Origin: an uncultured Acidobacteriota bacterium
Lineage (GTDB): Bacteria > Acidobacteriota > Thermoanaerobaculia > Multivoradales > UBA5704
Direction of reading: 5' to 3'
Assembly (NCBI GenBank): GCA_963770895.1
Contig: CAVYRF010000001.1
Location: forward strand, 256,001 to 320,000
DNA: 64,000 nucleotides
In this document: positions 1 through 13,111 of the stretch, piece after piece
Layout of the letters: each line of letters starts with the position of its first letter
How positions within the stretch are numbered: the stretch's first letter is position 1
Position numbers and translations under genes: made by a program
The notes under the pieces: model-generated
The model's input: the letters and a program-made list of their open reading frames with translations, nothing else
What the model was told of the DNA's origin: nothing
The model's database searches: none

Positions 1-1749
1 GCGCGGGCGCTCCAGGTGGGACGATCGGACGGCGAGCGGATGCAGATTGCCTTGCGGATCTGCATGGCAGAGGACTCTCGACACTGCGAGCCTGGTGACC
101 GTTGCGCTCGTTGTGCGCTTGTCGTCGTCAGTGTCTGTTGCCTGGGGCGGGCTTGCGCTGGATCGTGCATCCGAGATCGATTCGATGGAATGTGCGCTCA
201 GCGTGTCCACATCGTACGGCGGGGAGTCTGGCGCGCCCTGCGGAGTTGCCGCGTCTGGGCTTTGCGGTCGTTCCCGCGAGAGCGGTGGCGGTGCGTTCGT
301 GGCGGGTGGCGGATCTGGCGTGAGGTGCGACTGTGCGGCGCGCAGCGGATCGGGCGCCTGGTGCGGGTGCGCGGTGCCGGGAGGTAGATGGGGGTTGGAT
401 GTGTTGCGTGGGGCCAGCGGGTTCAAGGGCGCGAGCGGCGGGCGCAAGGGCAGGTGCCTTGTGGGTATGTGGCGCGGGTCAGGATGGTCTGGCGGGTCGG
501 CGGGATCGAGGATGTCGGCGCGGTACCAGCCGAGGGGACGGGCGTGCGCGGTGCATTCGAATCCCCACATCAGGGCGCGCAAGGCATCGCGCGGGATGTC
601 CAGGACCAGTGGCAGGTAACGGAGCTCGCCCGTGCGGCGCGCTTCCAGGTCGTGCATCAGGGTGAGGCGGCGCTCCATGATCGGAAAGGCGCCGCGAAAG
701 GCCGTACACGACGGGCATTCCGCGGCCCAATAGGCATGGCCCGCCGTCTTGCTGTGGCGCCAGCGAATCGGCGTCAGGGCGCTGGTGGATAGGGCGTCGT
801 CGTCGCCATCTTGACCGATTGGAAGGTCATCGTCCGGCAGCAGGTCCAGGGCCGATGACACACCGTCGTCGTCGCTGGCGTGGCGACCGATGGCGGCCAA
901 GGAGCCGTCGGGGGACAGGCCGGCGAGCGAAGTGCCGGCGGACGGGCCGCTGGGAGACAGGTCGGCCAAGGCGCCGTTGGTGACCAGGTTGGCGTTGGGG
1001 CCGGTGGCGGCCAGGTTGGCGAGGGAACTGTTGGTAGGTGGGGTGGACTGGGAGCCGATGGCTGGCTGGGCGCGCCAGGTTTCGATGGCGGCGGCCAGGT
1101 GGGGGATGAGGATGTCGGGGATGGCGGCAAGCTCCAGGATCTGGCGAAAGTAGGTCCAGTGGGGCGAGGTCCAGTCGTCGATCTGGCGGTCGGGGAAGAC
1201 GATGCCGGTCACGGTGTCGATGTCGGCGTGACAACGCCAGCAGGTGTCCTGGAGGATTTCTACCCCGACGGTTTGCGGGCCGTCGGTGGGACCGCGATAG
1301 AAGAGCTCCCCCGACCAGAGGTCGCGGATGGTGTCGGCCAGCGGTTCGTTGCCGGCGTGGGTCGGTTCGGTGGTGCAGGCGTCGCCCAGGCCGTGGGTGC
1401 AGGCGAGGCAGAGGAAGCGCGGATGGGGACAGCTGATGCCGTTGCGCAGCCACGAATCGGGATCGTCTTGCGCGTCGTAGAGCAGCAGCAGGCTGGCGCC
1501 GCGCGACAGCACATGATCGATGAGCGCTTCGAGGTCGCTGCGCACGGAGGGGGCGGAGCGGCTGATGAATGGCGGCGCCACGGCGATCACCAGATAGGCG
1601 GCGGGTCCGGTGTGGTCCTGCAGGCGGAAGGCGTGCCGGGCTCTTTGGCTGCCGTGTGCCGGCAGCTTTTCGGCGCGCACGCGCGGCCACCCTTCGGGCA
1701 AGGCTTGTTCGACGGCCGCGTCCACGGCGGCGAGAAATTCGCGTGTCAT
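1..1749 (-). CDS. Hypothetical protein (>583 aa, runs off the window edge) with Cys pairs resembling a split zinc ribbon; not in ORF track
   Basis: GGAGG RBS then ATG at 1749 (MTREFLAAVDAAVEQALPEGW...), frame open to base 1; motifs CLAC, TCWRCH, IRWRHSKTAGHAYWAAECPSC; Pro-rich distal part. Confidence 0.7.
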   Translation of the reverse strand, partial: MTREFLAAVDAAVEQALPEGWPRVRAEKLPAHGSQRARHAFRLQDHTGPAAYLVIAVAPPFISRSAPSVRSDLEALIDHVLSRGASLLLLYDAQDDPDSWLRNGISCPHPRFLCLACTHGLGDACTTEPTHAGNEPLADTIRDLWSGELFYRGPTDGPQTVGVEILQDTCWRCHADIDTVTGIVFPDRQIDDWTSPHWTYFRQILELAAIPDILIPHLAAAIETWRAQPAIGSQSTPPTNSSLANLAATGPNANLVTNGALADLSPSGPSAGTSLAGLSPDGSLAAIGRHASDDDGVSSALDLLPDDDLPIGQDGDDDALSTSALTPIRWRHSKTAGHAYWAAECPSCTAFRGAFPIMERRLTLMHDLEARRTGELRYLPLVLDIPRDALRALMWGFECTAHARPLGWYRADILDPADPPDHPDPRHIPTRHLPLRPPLAPLNPLAPRNTSNPHLPPGTAHPHQAPDPLRAAQSHLTPDPPPATNAPPPLSRERPQSPDAATPQGAPDSPPYDVDTLSAHSIESISDARSSASPPQATDTDDDKRTTSATVTRLAVSRVLCHADPQGNLHPLAVRSSHLERPR

Positions 1750-1798
1750 GAGAACCTCCGTCCTGGCGTGAGCGGCCCGATCTCGGGCAGCCCCTCCA

Positions 1799-2065
1799 AT
1801 GGAGGTAGACGCAAAGACGGGCGCCGGTTGCGCAAGTTTCGAAGCGCATGCCCGCCGTCTTCGCCTCGCAAGGGAGACTTTGAGAAGCCTCAGCTTGCCG
1901 CGACTTCATGAACTGGCGGGAGGCGCGGCAACCGCGACCTGCGCCCCTCACGTGAGCTGCCCGCCTACCTGCCAGACCAGCTGCCAGCAGACCTGTCCGC
2001 AGGCCTGCGGCACTTCGGTTTGCGGTGGCATCTATACCTGCCCGTACTGCGATACTTTCCCGTAG
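1799..2065 (+). CDS. Putative RiPP (lanthipeptide-like) precursor, Cys/Thr/Ser-rich core
   Basis: Leader RRLRLARETLRSL...LHELAGG, then core AATATCAPHVSCPPTCQTSCQQTCPQACGTSVCGGIYTCPYCDTFP (9 Cys); start codon uncertain. Confidence 0.75.
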   Translation: MEVDAKTGAGCASFEAHARRLRLARETLRSLSLPRLHELAGGAATATCAPHVSCPPTCQTSCQQTCPQACGTSVCGGIYTCPYCDTFP

Positions 2066-2202
2066 TCGTCGGAGGTGAGGCAGTGACGGCACGCCCGGTG
2101 TAGCATCTCCCTGTGCGCGTCGTGGGCACTCCGCGGCCCAGGTAGGGCGGTGGGCAGACGGCCGAGAGCCGTGGCCGCTTCACGCGGCTGTGGGACATCG
2201 CC

Positions 2203-4053
2203 ATGGAGATCGCCATGAGAAACGCTGGGAAGGGGTCGCACCTGGGCGTGGGCTTGGTGCTGGCATGGGTGCTGATGGGGGTGCTCGCGGGACCGGCAGT
2301 CGGGGTGCGGGCCGAGACGCCGCCGCCGATGGCGCCGGCGATCGTCGAGGGCGCCGCGCCGGCGCCGGCGGTCGACCTGACGTGGGGTTTCAAGATCCCG
2401 TTGCGCGACGGGGTGCGGCTCAACGGGACGGTGTACAGGCCGGCGGGGCAGCACCAGCCGCTGCCGGTGATTTTCACCTTGACGCCGTATGTCTCGGATT
2501 CCTATCACGATCGCGCGATGTACCTGGCGGCGCACGGTTATGTGTTCGTGCTGGTGGACGTGCGCGGGCGCGGCAATTCGGGGGGCAGCTTCGAGCCGTT
2601 CGCCAACGAGGGGCGCGACGGACACGACGTGGTGGAGTACCTGGCGCGGCAGCCCTGGTCGGATGGCAAGGTGGCGATGTGGGGCGGCTCCTATGCCGGA
2701 TTCGATCAATGGGCGACGCTCAAGGAGGCGCCGCCGCACCTGGCGACCATCGTGCCGGCCGCGGCTGCCCATCCTGGCGTCGACTTCCCTTTCTACCGCA
2801 ATATCTTCAGCTCCTACGTGATGCAATGGATCACCTACACCAGCGGCGTGGCCTCCAACGGCAAGCTATTTAACGACAACGGTTTTTGGAACCAGAAGTT
2901 TGCGCAGCTGTACCGCAGCGGATCACCGTACGCCACCCTGGACCAGGTCGTGGGCAATCCCAGCCCGGTGTTCCAGGCCTGGCTGGCGCATCCGGCCGCC
3001 GGTCCCTATTGGGACGCGATGGCGCCGACGCCCGAACAGTTCCAGCGGATGACCGTGCCCATCCTGACGATCACCGGCCACTACGACGGCGACCAGCCCG
3101 GAGCGCTCACGTTCTATCGCGACTTCATGAAGTACGCCCCCGCCGCCAGCCGCGAGCGGCACTACCTGATCATCGGTCCCTGGGATCACGCCGGCACGCG
3201 CACTCCGGCCAGGCAGGTGGGGGGCCTGGAGTTTGGCGAGGCCAGCATGGTCGACCTCAACAAGCTGCACAAGGATTGGTACGACTGGACGCTCAAGGGG
3301 GCCGGCCGCCGGCCGGAGTTCCTCCAGCGGCGCGTGGCCTACTACGTGGTCGGCCCCGGCGCGGAAAAGTGGAAGTACGCCGACGACCTGGATTCTGTCG
3401 CCTCGGAGCGGCGCAAGCTCTATCTGACATCCAGCCAGGGCCAGGCGACCAGCGTGTTCCGGTCCGGCGAGCTTGCCGCGGCGCCGGCTGGATCGGCGCC
3501 CGATCACTACGTCTACGACCCGCGCGACCTGCGCCCCGCCGCCCTGGACGAGCACGCCAGCGACAGCTACATCACCGATCAGACGCCGGCGCTCAACCTG
3601 AGCAGCGGCGTCATCTATCACAGCGCGCCGTTTGCCGAATCGACCGAGATCTCGGGCGAGATCAAGCTGTCGGCGTGGTTGTCGCTCGACGTGCCCGACA
3701 CCGACTTGTTTGCCGCCCTGTACGAGATCCTCCCCGACGGTTCCAGCGTCCTGCTGACCTCCGATATGTTGCGCGCCCGGTACCGCCATTCGGCGTCGCA
3801 CGAAGAGCCGGTGCCGCCCGGTGTCGTCGAGCGCTACGACTTCGATCACTTCACCTGGTTTTCGCGCCAGGTCTCGGCGGGCAGCCGCCTGCGCCTGCTG
3901 ATCGCGTCACCCAACACCATCCAGCTGGAAAAGAACTACAACAGCGGCAAAACGGTGGCCACCGAATCGATCGCCGACGCCCGCGTCGCCCACGTCACCC
4001 TGTATCACGACGCCGACCATCCCAGCGTCCTCGAGCTCCCGATCGTGCACTGA
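2203..4053 (+). CDS. Secreted CocE/NonD family hydrolase (peptidase S15-like)
   Basis: Signal peptide; IPLRDGVRL, DVRGRGNSGG, nucleophile motif GGSYAG, GPWDH; PepX_C-like C-terminus. Confidence 0.9.
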   Translation: MEIAMRNAGKGSHLGVGLVLAWVLMGVLAGPAVGVRAETPPPMAPAIVEGAAPAPAVDLTWGFKIPLRDGVRLNGTVYRPAGQHQPLPVIFTLTPYVSDSYHDRAMYLAAHGYVFVLVDVRGRGNSGGSFEPFANEGRDGHDVVEYLARQPWSDGKVAMWGGSYAGFDQWATLKEAPPHLATIVPAAAAHPGVDFPFYRNIFSSYVMQWITYTSGVASNGKLFNDNGFWNQKFAQLYRSGSPYATLDQVVGNPSPVFQAWLAHPAAGPYWDAMAPTPEQFQRMTVPILTITGHYDGDQPGALTFYRDFMKYAPAASRERHYLIIGPWDHAGTRTPARQVGGLEFGEASMVDLNKLHKDWYDWTLKGAGRRPEFLQRRVAYYVVGPGAEKWKYADDLDSVASERRKLYLTSSQGQATSVFRSGELAAAPAGSAPDHYVYDPRDLRPAALDEHASDSYITDQTPALNLSSGVIYHSAPFAESTEISGEIKLSAWLSLDVPDTDLFAALYEILPDGSSVLLTSDMLRARYRHSASHEEPVPPGVVERYDFDHFTWFSRQVSAGSRLRLLIASPNTIQLEKNYNSGKTVATESIADARVAHVTLYHDADHPSVLELPIVH

Positions 4054-4063
4054 CCTGGCCTGG

Positions 4064-4261
4064 CGGCCCGTACCGGCTGAATTCAACCAGGATGGCGCCG
4101 CGGTCGGCGGGGCGGGCCAGGCGTGCCGACGCAGGCATAGTCGGAACTATGTCGAGGAGGCGGCCAGGGCTGCCGCCTGTCCGGGCACTCCCGGCAGGTC
4201 GCAACGCAGCCCCCGCCGTCGAGGGCAAGCCACGCACTAGCGATTCCTCTGATACAGGCCA
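4064..4261 (-). mobile_element. Degenerate copy of the MITE/REP-like element at 54391-54550, opposite orientation, with a ~40-bp internal insertion
   Basis: Reverse complement shares TGGCCTGTATC, GGCTTGCCCTCGACGGCGGGGGCTGCGTTGCG, CCTCCTCGACATAG and ACTATGCCTGCGTCGGC with the 54.4-kb copy. Confidence 0.8.
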
Positions 4262-4369
4262 ATAGCTCGCCGGCCGGGGCTGTCGCCCGGCCCGGCGCTC
4301 GCGGCAGCGAGTGAGCCGCGCCCTCGTCTCCGAGGGCAAGCCCTGTGGCATTGATGGATCAGGGTCGGA

Positions 4370-5365
4370 TTACGGGATGCGCAGGACGATCGAGCCGCGG
4401 ACGTCGCCGGTGCGCAGATCGGCGTGCGCGCGGTTCGCTTCGGCAAGGGGCAGCACGCGGCCGACAACCGGCCGCAGCTTGCCGGTTTCGACCAGCTGCG
4501 CCAGGGCCTCCAGGTCGTCGCCGTCGGCGCGGGCCGCGGCGAGCGCGACGCGCGGCGCGGCGTGCCGGTCGATCAGGCCGGCCAGACCGGCGCGCAGGCG
4601 GGCGACCAGGGTTGCCGGCCCGCGCCGGACGGTGACAAAGATGCCACCGGGGAGCAGCGCCGGCTCGCAGTCGGCAAAGCGTAGGTCCCCCGATGCGTCG
4701 AAGATCGCGTCGTAGGTGCCGTCGCCATCGCCCGCCTCCTGGGCGAGCGGCCCGAGGGTGGTGAAGTCCTCGCGGGTATCGTCGACCACCCGCTCGGCGC
4801 CCAGCTGGCGCAGGAACGTCTGCTGATCGGGACCCGCGGCGGCGGTGACCTGCGCGCCGATCGCCGCCGCGATCTGCACGGCGAAGCAGCCGGCGCCGCC
4901 GGCGGCGCCGTGCACCGCGACGTGCTGTCCGGCGTGCAGGCGCGCCAGGTCCCGCAGCGCTTGGAGCGCTGTGACGCCGTCCGCCGCCAGGGCCGCGGCC
5001 TCTTCGTATGCGAGCGGATCGGGCTTCTGTGCCGTGACCGCGTGGCGGACCACCGCATACTGGGCGTAGCCGCCGCCCTGGCGGCGGTCGAGCAGCGCAA
5101 ACACCGCGTCGCCGGGCTCGAAATCCGCGATTTCCGGTCCCACCGCCGCCACCTCGCCGGCGATGCCGCGTCCGGGCACCCACGGCGCGGCGTCCGGCCG
5201 CAGCAGTGACCGCGCCGCCCTCGCCAAGGGTGGACCTGGGGCCGCTTCCACCGCCGCTGCCCGCACCGCGACGAGCAGCTCGCCAGCCCCCGGCTGCGGG
5301 CGCTTCACCTCCCGTACGACCAGACGCTCGCCCCTTCGATGACCCTGCCATGAGGCCGCTTGCAC
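4370..5365 (-). CDS. MDR-family NAD(P)-dependent oxidoreductase (zinc-independent quinone reductase-like)
   Basis: GGYAQY, ALQAL, HGAAGGAG Rossmann motif, YDAIFD, GKLRPVVGRVLPL, RGSIVL. Confidence 0.85.
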   Translation of the reverse strand: MQAASWQGHRRGERLVVREVKRPQPGAGELLVAVRAAAVEAAPGPPLARAARSLLRPDAAPWVPGRGIAGEVAAVGPEIADFEPGDAVFALLDRRQGGGYAQYAVVRHAVTAQKPDPLAYEEAAALAADGVTALQALRDLARLHAGQHVAVHGAAGGAGCFAVQIAAAIGAQVTAAAGPDQQTFLRQLGAERVVDDTREDFTTLGPLAQEAGDGDGTYDAIFDASGDLRFADCEPALLPGGIFVTVRRGPATLVARLRAGLAGLIDRHAAPRVALAAARADGDDLEALAQLVETGKLRPVVGRVLPLAEANRAHADLRTGDVRGSIVLRIP

Positions 5366-5603
5366 CGCCCCATCAGATCACGATCCCTCCGCCAGGGCGG
5401 GACACGGCCAGCGTCCCCCTGCGCCGCCACGCCGCTCCCCTCCTCCCACGCGACCGCTGCCCCGGTAACCCCGGTCACGACGGGCTCGCGGGTGGGGGAG
5501 CGGCCAGCATGTGCCCCTCCCTTATGACGGCCCTCTCCGCTGGTCGCCAGGCCGGGCGCGAGACGGAGGCCGGATAGAATGGGGGCCTAATGGGAGGTTC
5601 GTC

Positions 5604-6359
5604 ATGGCGAAAGAGCGGGCGTCGGCGATCACGTTCTGCCTCGATATCGGGGGGACCGGGATCAAGGGAATGACGGTGGACGAAGGCGGACAGCCGACGG
5701 CGGAGCGGGTGCGGGTGGCGACGCCGCAGCCGGCGACGCCCCAGGCGGTGCTGGGGACCGTGCGCGAGATTGCCGGCAAGATGCCGCATTTTGACCGGGT
5801 GGCGGCGGGGTTTCCTGGCGTGGTGGTGGATGGGGTGGTGCACACGGCTCCCAACCTGGATGCGTCGTGGGCGGGGTGCAACCTGGCGGAGGCGCTGGAG
5901 CAGGCGACCGGACATCCGGCGCGGGTTGCCAACGACGCGGGGGTGCAGGGGTTGGCGGTGATCGAGGGCAAGGGCACCGAGCTGGTGATCACGCTGGGCA
6001 CCGGCATGGGATTCGCCCTCTATATCGACGGCCGCTACGTGCCCAATATCGAGATGGCGCACCATGTCTGTCACAAGGACAAGACCTACGAGGAACGGGT
6101 GGGGGAGCGCGCATTGAAGAAGGCGGGGCGGCGGCGCTGGAACAAGCGCGTGCTGTCCGCGATCACCCACCTGGCGCCGGTGTTCAACTACCGCGTGCTG
6201 TATCTGGGCGGTGGCAACTCGAGGCTGATCGACTTCCCGCTGCCGCCCAACGTGCGGATCATCGAAAACATCTCGGGCCTTCTCGGCGGCCTCCGCCTGT
6301 GGCAGCCCCATTCGTCCTCCGATCCCACCCCGAAAGGCCAGCGCGCCGCCAAGGCCTGA
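5604..6359 (+). CDS. ppgK: ROK family sugar kinase, polyphosphate glucokinase-like
   Basis: GGAGG RBS; [39 protein letters not shown]. Confidence 0.75.
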   Translation: MAKERASAITFCLDIGGTGIKGMTVDEGGQPTAERVRVATPQPATPQAVLGTVREIAGKMPHFDRVAAGFPGVVVDGVVHTAPNLDASWAGCNLAEALEQATGHPARVANDAGVQGLAVIEGKGTELVITLGTGMGFALYIDGRYVPNIEMAHHVCHKDKTYEERVGERALKKAGRRRWNKRVLSAITHLAPVFNYRVLYLGGGNSRLIDFPLPPNVRIIENISGLLGGLRLWQPHSSSDPTPKGQRAAKA

Positions 6360-6465
6360 GCCCTGACGTCGCGCCGGCGCCTCCCTCCGCGGGGGCGCCC
6401 CGGCCCGCGCCCTCTCTCGCCGTTCTCCAGGCGCTAAGCCGCTTGCGGCGGGGGCGCTCCGAGCG

Positions 6466-6925
6466 CGGCAGCAGGGGAGCTGGATCGAGCAACGGCGCTC
6501 CGCTCGCCGCCTGCGGCGCGGGTGCTCTGCCACGGCAGCAGGGAAGCTGGATCGAGCAACGGCGCTCCGCTCGCCGCCTGCGGCGCGGGTGCTCTGCCAC
6601 GGCAGCAGGGGAGCTGGATCGAGCAACGGCGCTCCGCTCGCCGCCTGCGGCGCGGGTGCTCTGCCACGGCAGCAGGGAAGCTGGATCGAGCAACGGCGCT
6701 CCGCTCGCCGCCTGCGGCGCGGGTGCTCTGCCACGGCAGCAGGGAAGCTGGATCGAGCAACGGCGCTCCGCTCGCCGCCTGCGGCGCGGGTGCTCTGCCA
6801 CGGCAGCAGGGAGCCTGGATCGAGCAACGGCGCTCCGCTCGCCGCCTGCGGTGCGGGTGCCCCTGCCACGACAGCAGGGAGGCTGGATCGAGCGCAGGCG
6901 CTCCGCTCGCCAGCCGCGGCGCGGC
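6466..6925. repeat. Tandem array of a 67-bp unit (6 full copies plus 1 degenerate partial)
   Basis: Units start at 6466, 6533, 6600, 6667, 6734, 6801 and 6869; unit CGGCAGCAGGG(G/A)AGCTGGATCGAGCAACGGCGCTCCGCTCGCCGCCTGCGGCGCGGGTGCTCTGCCA; no unique spacers. Confidence 0.97.
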
Positions 6926-6926
6926 C

Positions 6927-6960
6927 TTGACCGACGTGCATGTTTATGCAAGACTATGCG
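6927..6960 (+). promoter_or_regulatory. Sigma70-like promoter overlapped by ARG box(es)
   Basis: TTGACC(6927-32)-N17-AAGACT(6950-55); palindrome TGCAT-GTTT-ATGCA at 6937-6950 matches the ArgR operator consensus, with an overlapping degenerate TGCAAGACTATGCG; directly upstream of argR. Confidence 0.8.
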
Positions 6961-6983
6961 CATGATGAGCGAGGCCATGCCGG

Positions 6984-10141
<3,158 letters not shown>

Positions 10142-10145
<4 letters not shown>

Positions 10146-11599
10146 GTGTGACAGGCACCACCTCGCTCCCCCGGCCGGCGGCGCAGGCGGCTGCTGCACG
10201 CGCCGCCGCCGGCGACGTGGACAGCCAGGCGCGCGCAGGTGCGGCACCGCCGCCCGCGACGGTGCCGGTGATGGTGCTGGGCGGCAGCGGCTACGTGGCG
10301 GGAGAGGCGCTGCGGCTGCTCGCGGGGCATCCGCGCTTGACGGTTGCCGGCGTGCTTTCCGAAAGCCAGGGGGGCCAGCCGGTGGGTGAGGCCTTTCCAC
10401 ACCTGGCGGCTTGCTATCCCGACGTGCGTTTCACCGCCGCCGGCGACCTGGCGCGGCTGCTCGACGCTGCCGCGGCGCAGGCGGCGGCCGCGGATGCCTA
10501 TCAGTCCGCTCTCGCCGCCGGCTGCCGCTCCGCGGGCGCGCCGGCCCGGGCCGCAAAGCCGGTCGTGAGTGCCATCTGCGCGGCGCCGCACGGTGCCGCC
10601 GCGGCGCTGGTCGATCGGCTGTTGGAGGCAGCCGAACGGGCAGGCGTGTGCGTGCGGGTGGTGGACCTGTCGGCGGACTTCCGCTTCGCCACGGCCGGCG
10701 AATACGAACAGGTCTACGGCCACCCGCACGGTGCGCCGGGGCGGCTGGCGGAGTTCGGCTGCGCCCTGCCGGAGCACGCCGGCCTGGCGTTCGGCGGCGC
10801 CACCCGCTCAGTCTTTGGCAGCGCCGCGACGGGTCCGGCGTTTGACGGCACGGTTGCAGGTGCGGCGGCTGGCGGCGCGGCGGGTCTGGCATCCGGCGAT
10901 CTCGCGGTGGGTCCAGCGGTGGGCGCCCCAGCCGCGGGTCCCGTCCTGCCGGCCCATATCGGCCATCCCGGATGCTTTCCGACGTCGGTGCTGCTGGCGA
11001 CGGTGCCGCTGGTGCGCCTGGGGTGGATCGAACCCACGGTGCACGTGGTGGCGGTGACCGGCAGCACGGGCGCCGGGCGCACGCCGACGGCGACGACGCA
11101 CCACCCGGCGCGGCGCAGCAACCTGTTCGCGTACAGCCCGCTGACGCACCGCCACGAACCCGAGATGCGGGCCCTGGCCGCCGCGGCGTGCGGCCAGCCG
11201 GTGGCAATCCATTTTGTGCCGCAGGCGGGGCCGTTTGCGCGCGGCATCTATGCGACGCTGCAGGCGCGCCTGCAGCGGCCCGCGGCGGATTCTGCCGGCG
11301 GCGGGTCGCCGGCGGCGGCGGCGCGCGCCACAGCGGCCGAGATCACGGCCGCCCTGGCGGAGTTTTACGCCGGCTCGCCGTTTGTCGACGTGTTGAACGA
11401 CCCGCCGCGGCTGCAGGACGTGGTCGGCACCAACCGCTGCCGCATCGCCGTCGCCGTGGCGGGCGACCGCCTGGTGGCGTTCTCGGCGATCGATAATCTG
11501 ACCAAGGGGGCCGCGGGCGGCGGCATCCAATGGCTCAACCGGCTGCTCGGCTTCCCGGAAGCGACGGGTCTCCACCAGCCTGGGATCGGCTGGTTGTAA
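10142..11599 (+). CDS. argC: N-acyl-gamma-glutamyl-phosphate reductase with Ala/Gly-rich insertions
   Basis: LGGSGYVAGE, DLSADFR, PGCFPT catalytic Cys, TGSTGAG, IDNLTKGAAG. Confidence 0.93.
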
Positions 11600-11830
11600 G
11601 CAGATGCTCTCGCTGCCGTCGATCCCCGCCGCCTCGGCCGGCTTCGCCGCCTCGGCCGGTGCCGTCGATCCTGTCGATCCTGTCGATCCATGGCGCGCCG
11701 GCGCCGCTGCGCCCGCAGAGAACCCGGCGCCCGCCGGGACCCCGAAGACCCCGGCAATCGGCACCATGCATATAACCAGACCGCGGTCCTGGCCCCAGCC
11801 GGCGCCGCGCGCGAGAGGAGCGCAGGTTTC

Positions 11831-13111
11831 ATGATCGATACCGCCGCCGGCACGCCCGCCGCCACGCCGACCGCCGCACCCGCGGCCGGCACCACGCCCG
11901 CCGCCAGCGCCACGACCGCCGGCAGCGGTGCCAGCGCCGGCGGCGCTTCGGCCGCCGCCGCCGAGGCGCGCCACCTGCTGCACGTGTACGCGCAGATGCC
12001 GATCGAGCCGGTGTCGGGGCGCGGCGCCATGCTGCACACCCGCGACGGCAGGGAGCTGCTGGATTTCTACGGCGGCCACGCCGTGGCGCTGCTCGGCTAT
12101 GCCCACCCGCGGCTGGTGGCGGTGCTGGCTCGCCAGGCCGAAGAGCTGTTCTTTCAGAGCAACATCGTGCCCCTGGAGCTGCGCGCCCGTGCCGCCGACC
12201 GGCTGGTCGCCTTCGGCCCGCCCGGCCTCTCCAGCGTGTTCTTTGTCAACAGCGGCGCCGAGGCCAACGAGAACGCCCTGAAGCTCGCCATCCGCCATAC
12301 CGGCCGCGCCCACGTCATCGCGCTGCACGGCTCGTTCCACGGCCGCACCGCCGCCGCCGCCGCGGTGTCGCACGGCAGCGGCGACAGCGCCGTGTCGTGG
12401 TACGGCTTTCCGCGCGCGCCGTTCGACGTGACCTTCGTGCCGCGCGGCGACCTGGACGCGCTGGCCGCGGCGCTCGCCGCCGCACCCACCGCGGCGCTGA
12501 TCCTGGAACCGGTGCAGGGGCTGGGCGGCGCGGTGGCGCTGGGCGGCGACTACCTGGCGGCGGCGCGCCACCTGACGCGCGACGCCGGCGCGGCGCTGAT
12601 CTTCGACGAGGTGCAGTGCGGCATGGGGCGCACCGGCCAGCCCTTCGCGGCGCAGACCTGGGGCGTGACGCCCGACCTGCTGACCACCGCCAAGGGCATC
12701 GCCGGCGGCTTCCCGGCCGGCGCGGTGCTGGTGTCGCCCGAGATCGCCGCGCGCGTCCACCGCGGCGATCACGGCACCACCTTCGGCGGCGGGCCGATGG
12801 CCTGCGCGCTGATCGAGGCGGTGATCGCGACGATCGAAGAAGAAGGGCTGCTGGCGCGGGTGCGCACCCTGTCGCAGCGCATCCGCGAGACCTGCCAGGT
12901 CGGCCCGGTCGAAAGCATCCAGGGCGAGGGTTACCTGCTGGGCCTGCGCACCCGCACGCCGGCCAAGGACGTGGTGGCGGCGCTTCTGGCGCGCGGCATT
13001 CTCACCGGCACCTGCAACGATCCGGCGGTGGTGCGGCTGCTGCCGCCGCTGGTGCTGGCCCAGGAGCACGTCGACCGGCTGGCCGCGGCGCTCGCGGAGA
13101 TCCCCTCTTGA
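11831..13111 (+). CDS. argD: (N-acyl)ornithine aminotransferase, class III PLP
   Basis: GAGGAG RBS; NSGAEANE, SFHGRT, EPVQG, FDEVQCGMGRTG, TAKGIAGG, HGTTFGG. Confidence 0.92.
   Translation: MIDTAAGTPAATPTAAPAAGTTPAASATTAGSGASAGGASAAAAEARHLLHVYAQMPIEPVSGRGAMLHTRDGRELLDFYGGHAVALLGYAHPRLVAVLARQAEELFFQSNIVPLELRARAADRLVAFGPPGLSSVFFVNSGAEANENALKLAIRHTGRAHVIALHGSFHGRTAAAAAVSHGSGDSAVSWYGFPRAPFDVTFVPRGDLDALAAALAAAPTAALILEPVQGLGGAVALGGDYLAAARHLTRDAGAALIFDEVQCGMGRTGQPFAAQTWGVTPDLLTTAKGIAGGFPAGAVLVSPEIAARVHRGDHGTTFGGGPMACALIEAVIATIEEEGLLARVRTLSQRIRETCQVGPVESIQGEGYLLGLRTRTPAKDVVAALLARGILTGTCNDPAVVRLLPPLVLAQEHVDRLAAALAEIPS

Noticed and set aside
1225-1245. CWRCH as a cytochrome c heme motif
   Set aside because: No signal peptide, and a partner CPSC downstream favours a zinc ribbon
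6466-6925. CRISPR array
   Set aside because: Whole 67-bp units are repeated with no unique spacers, and no cas genes are present
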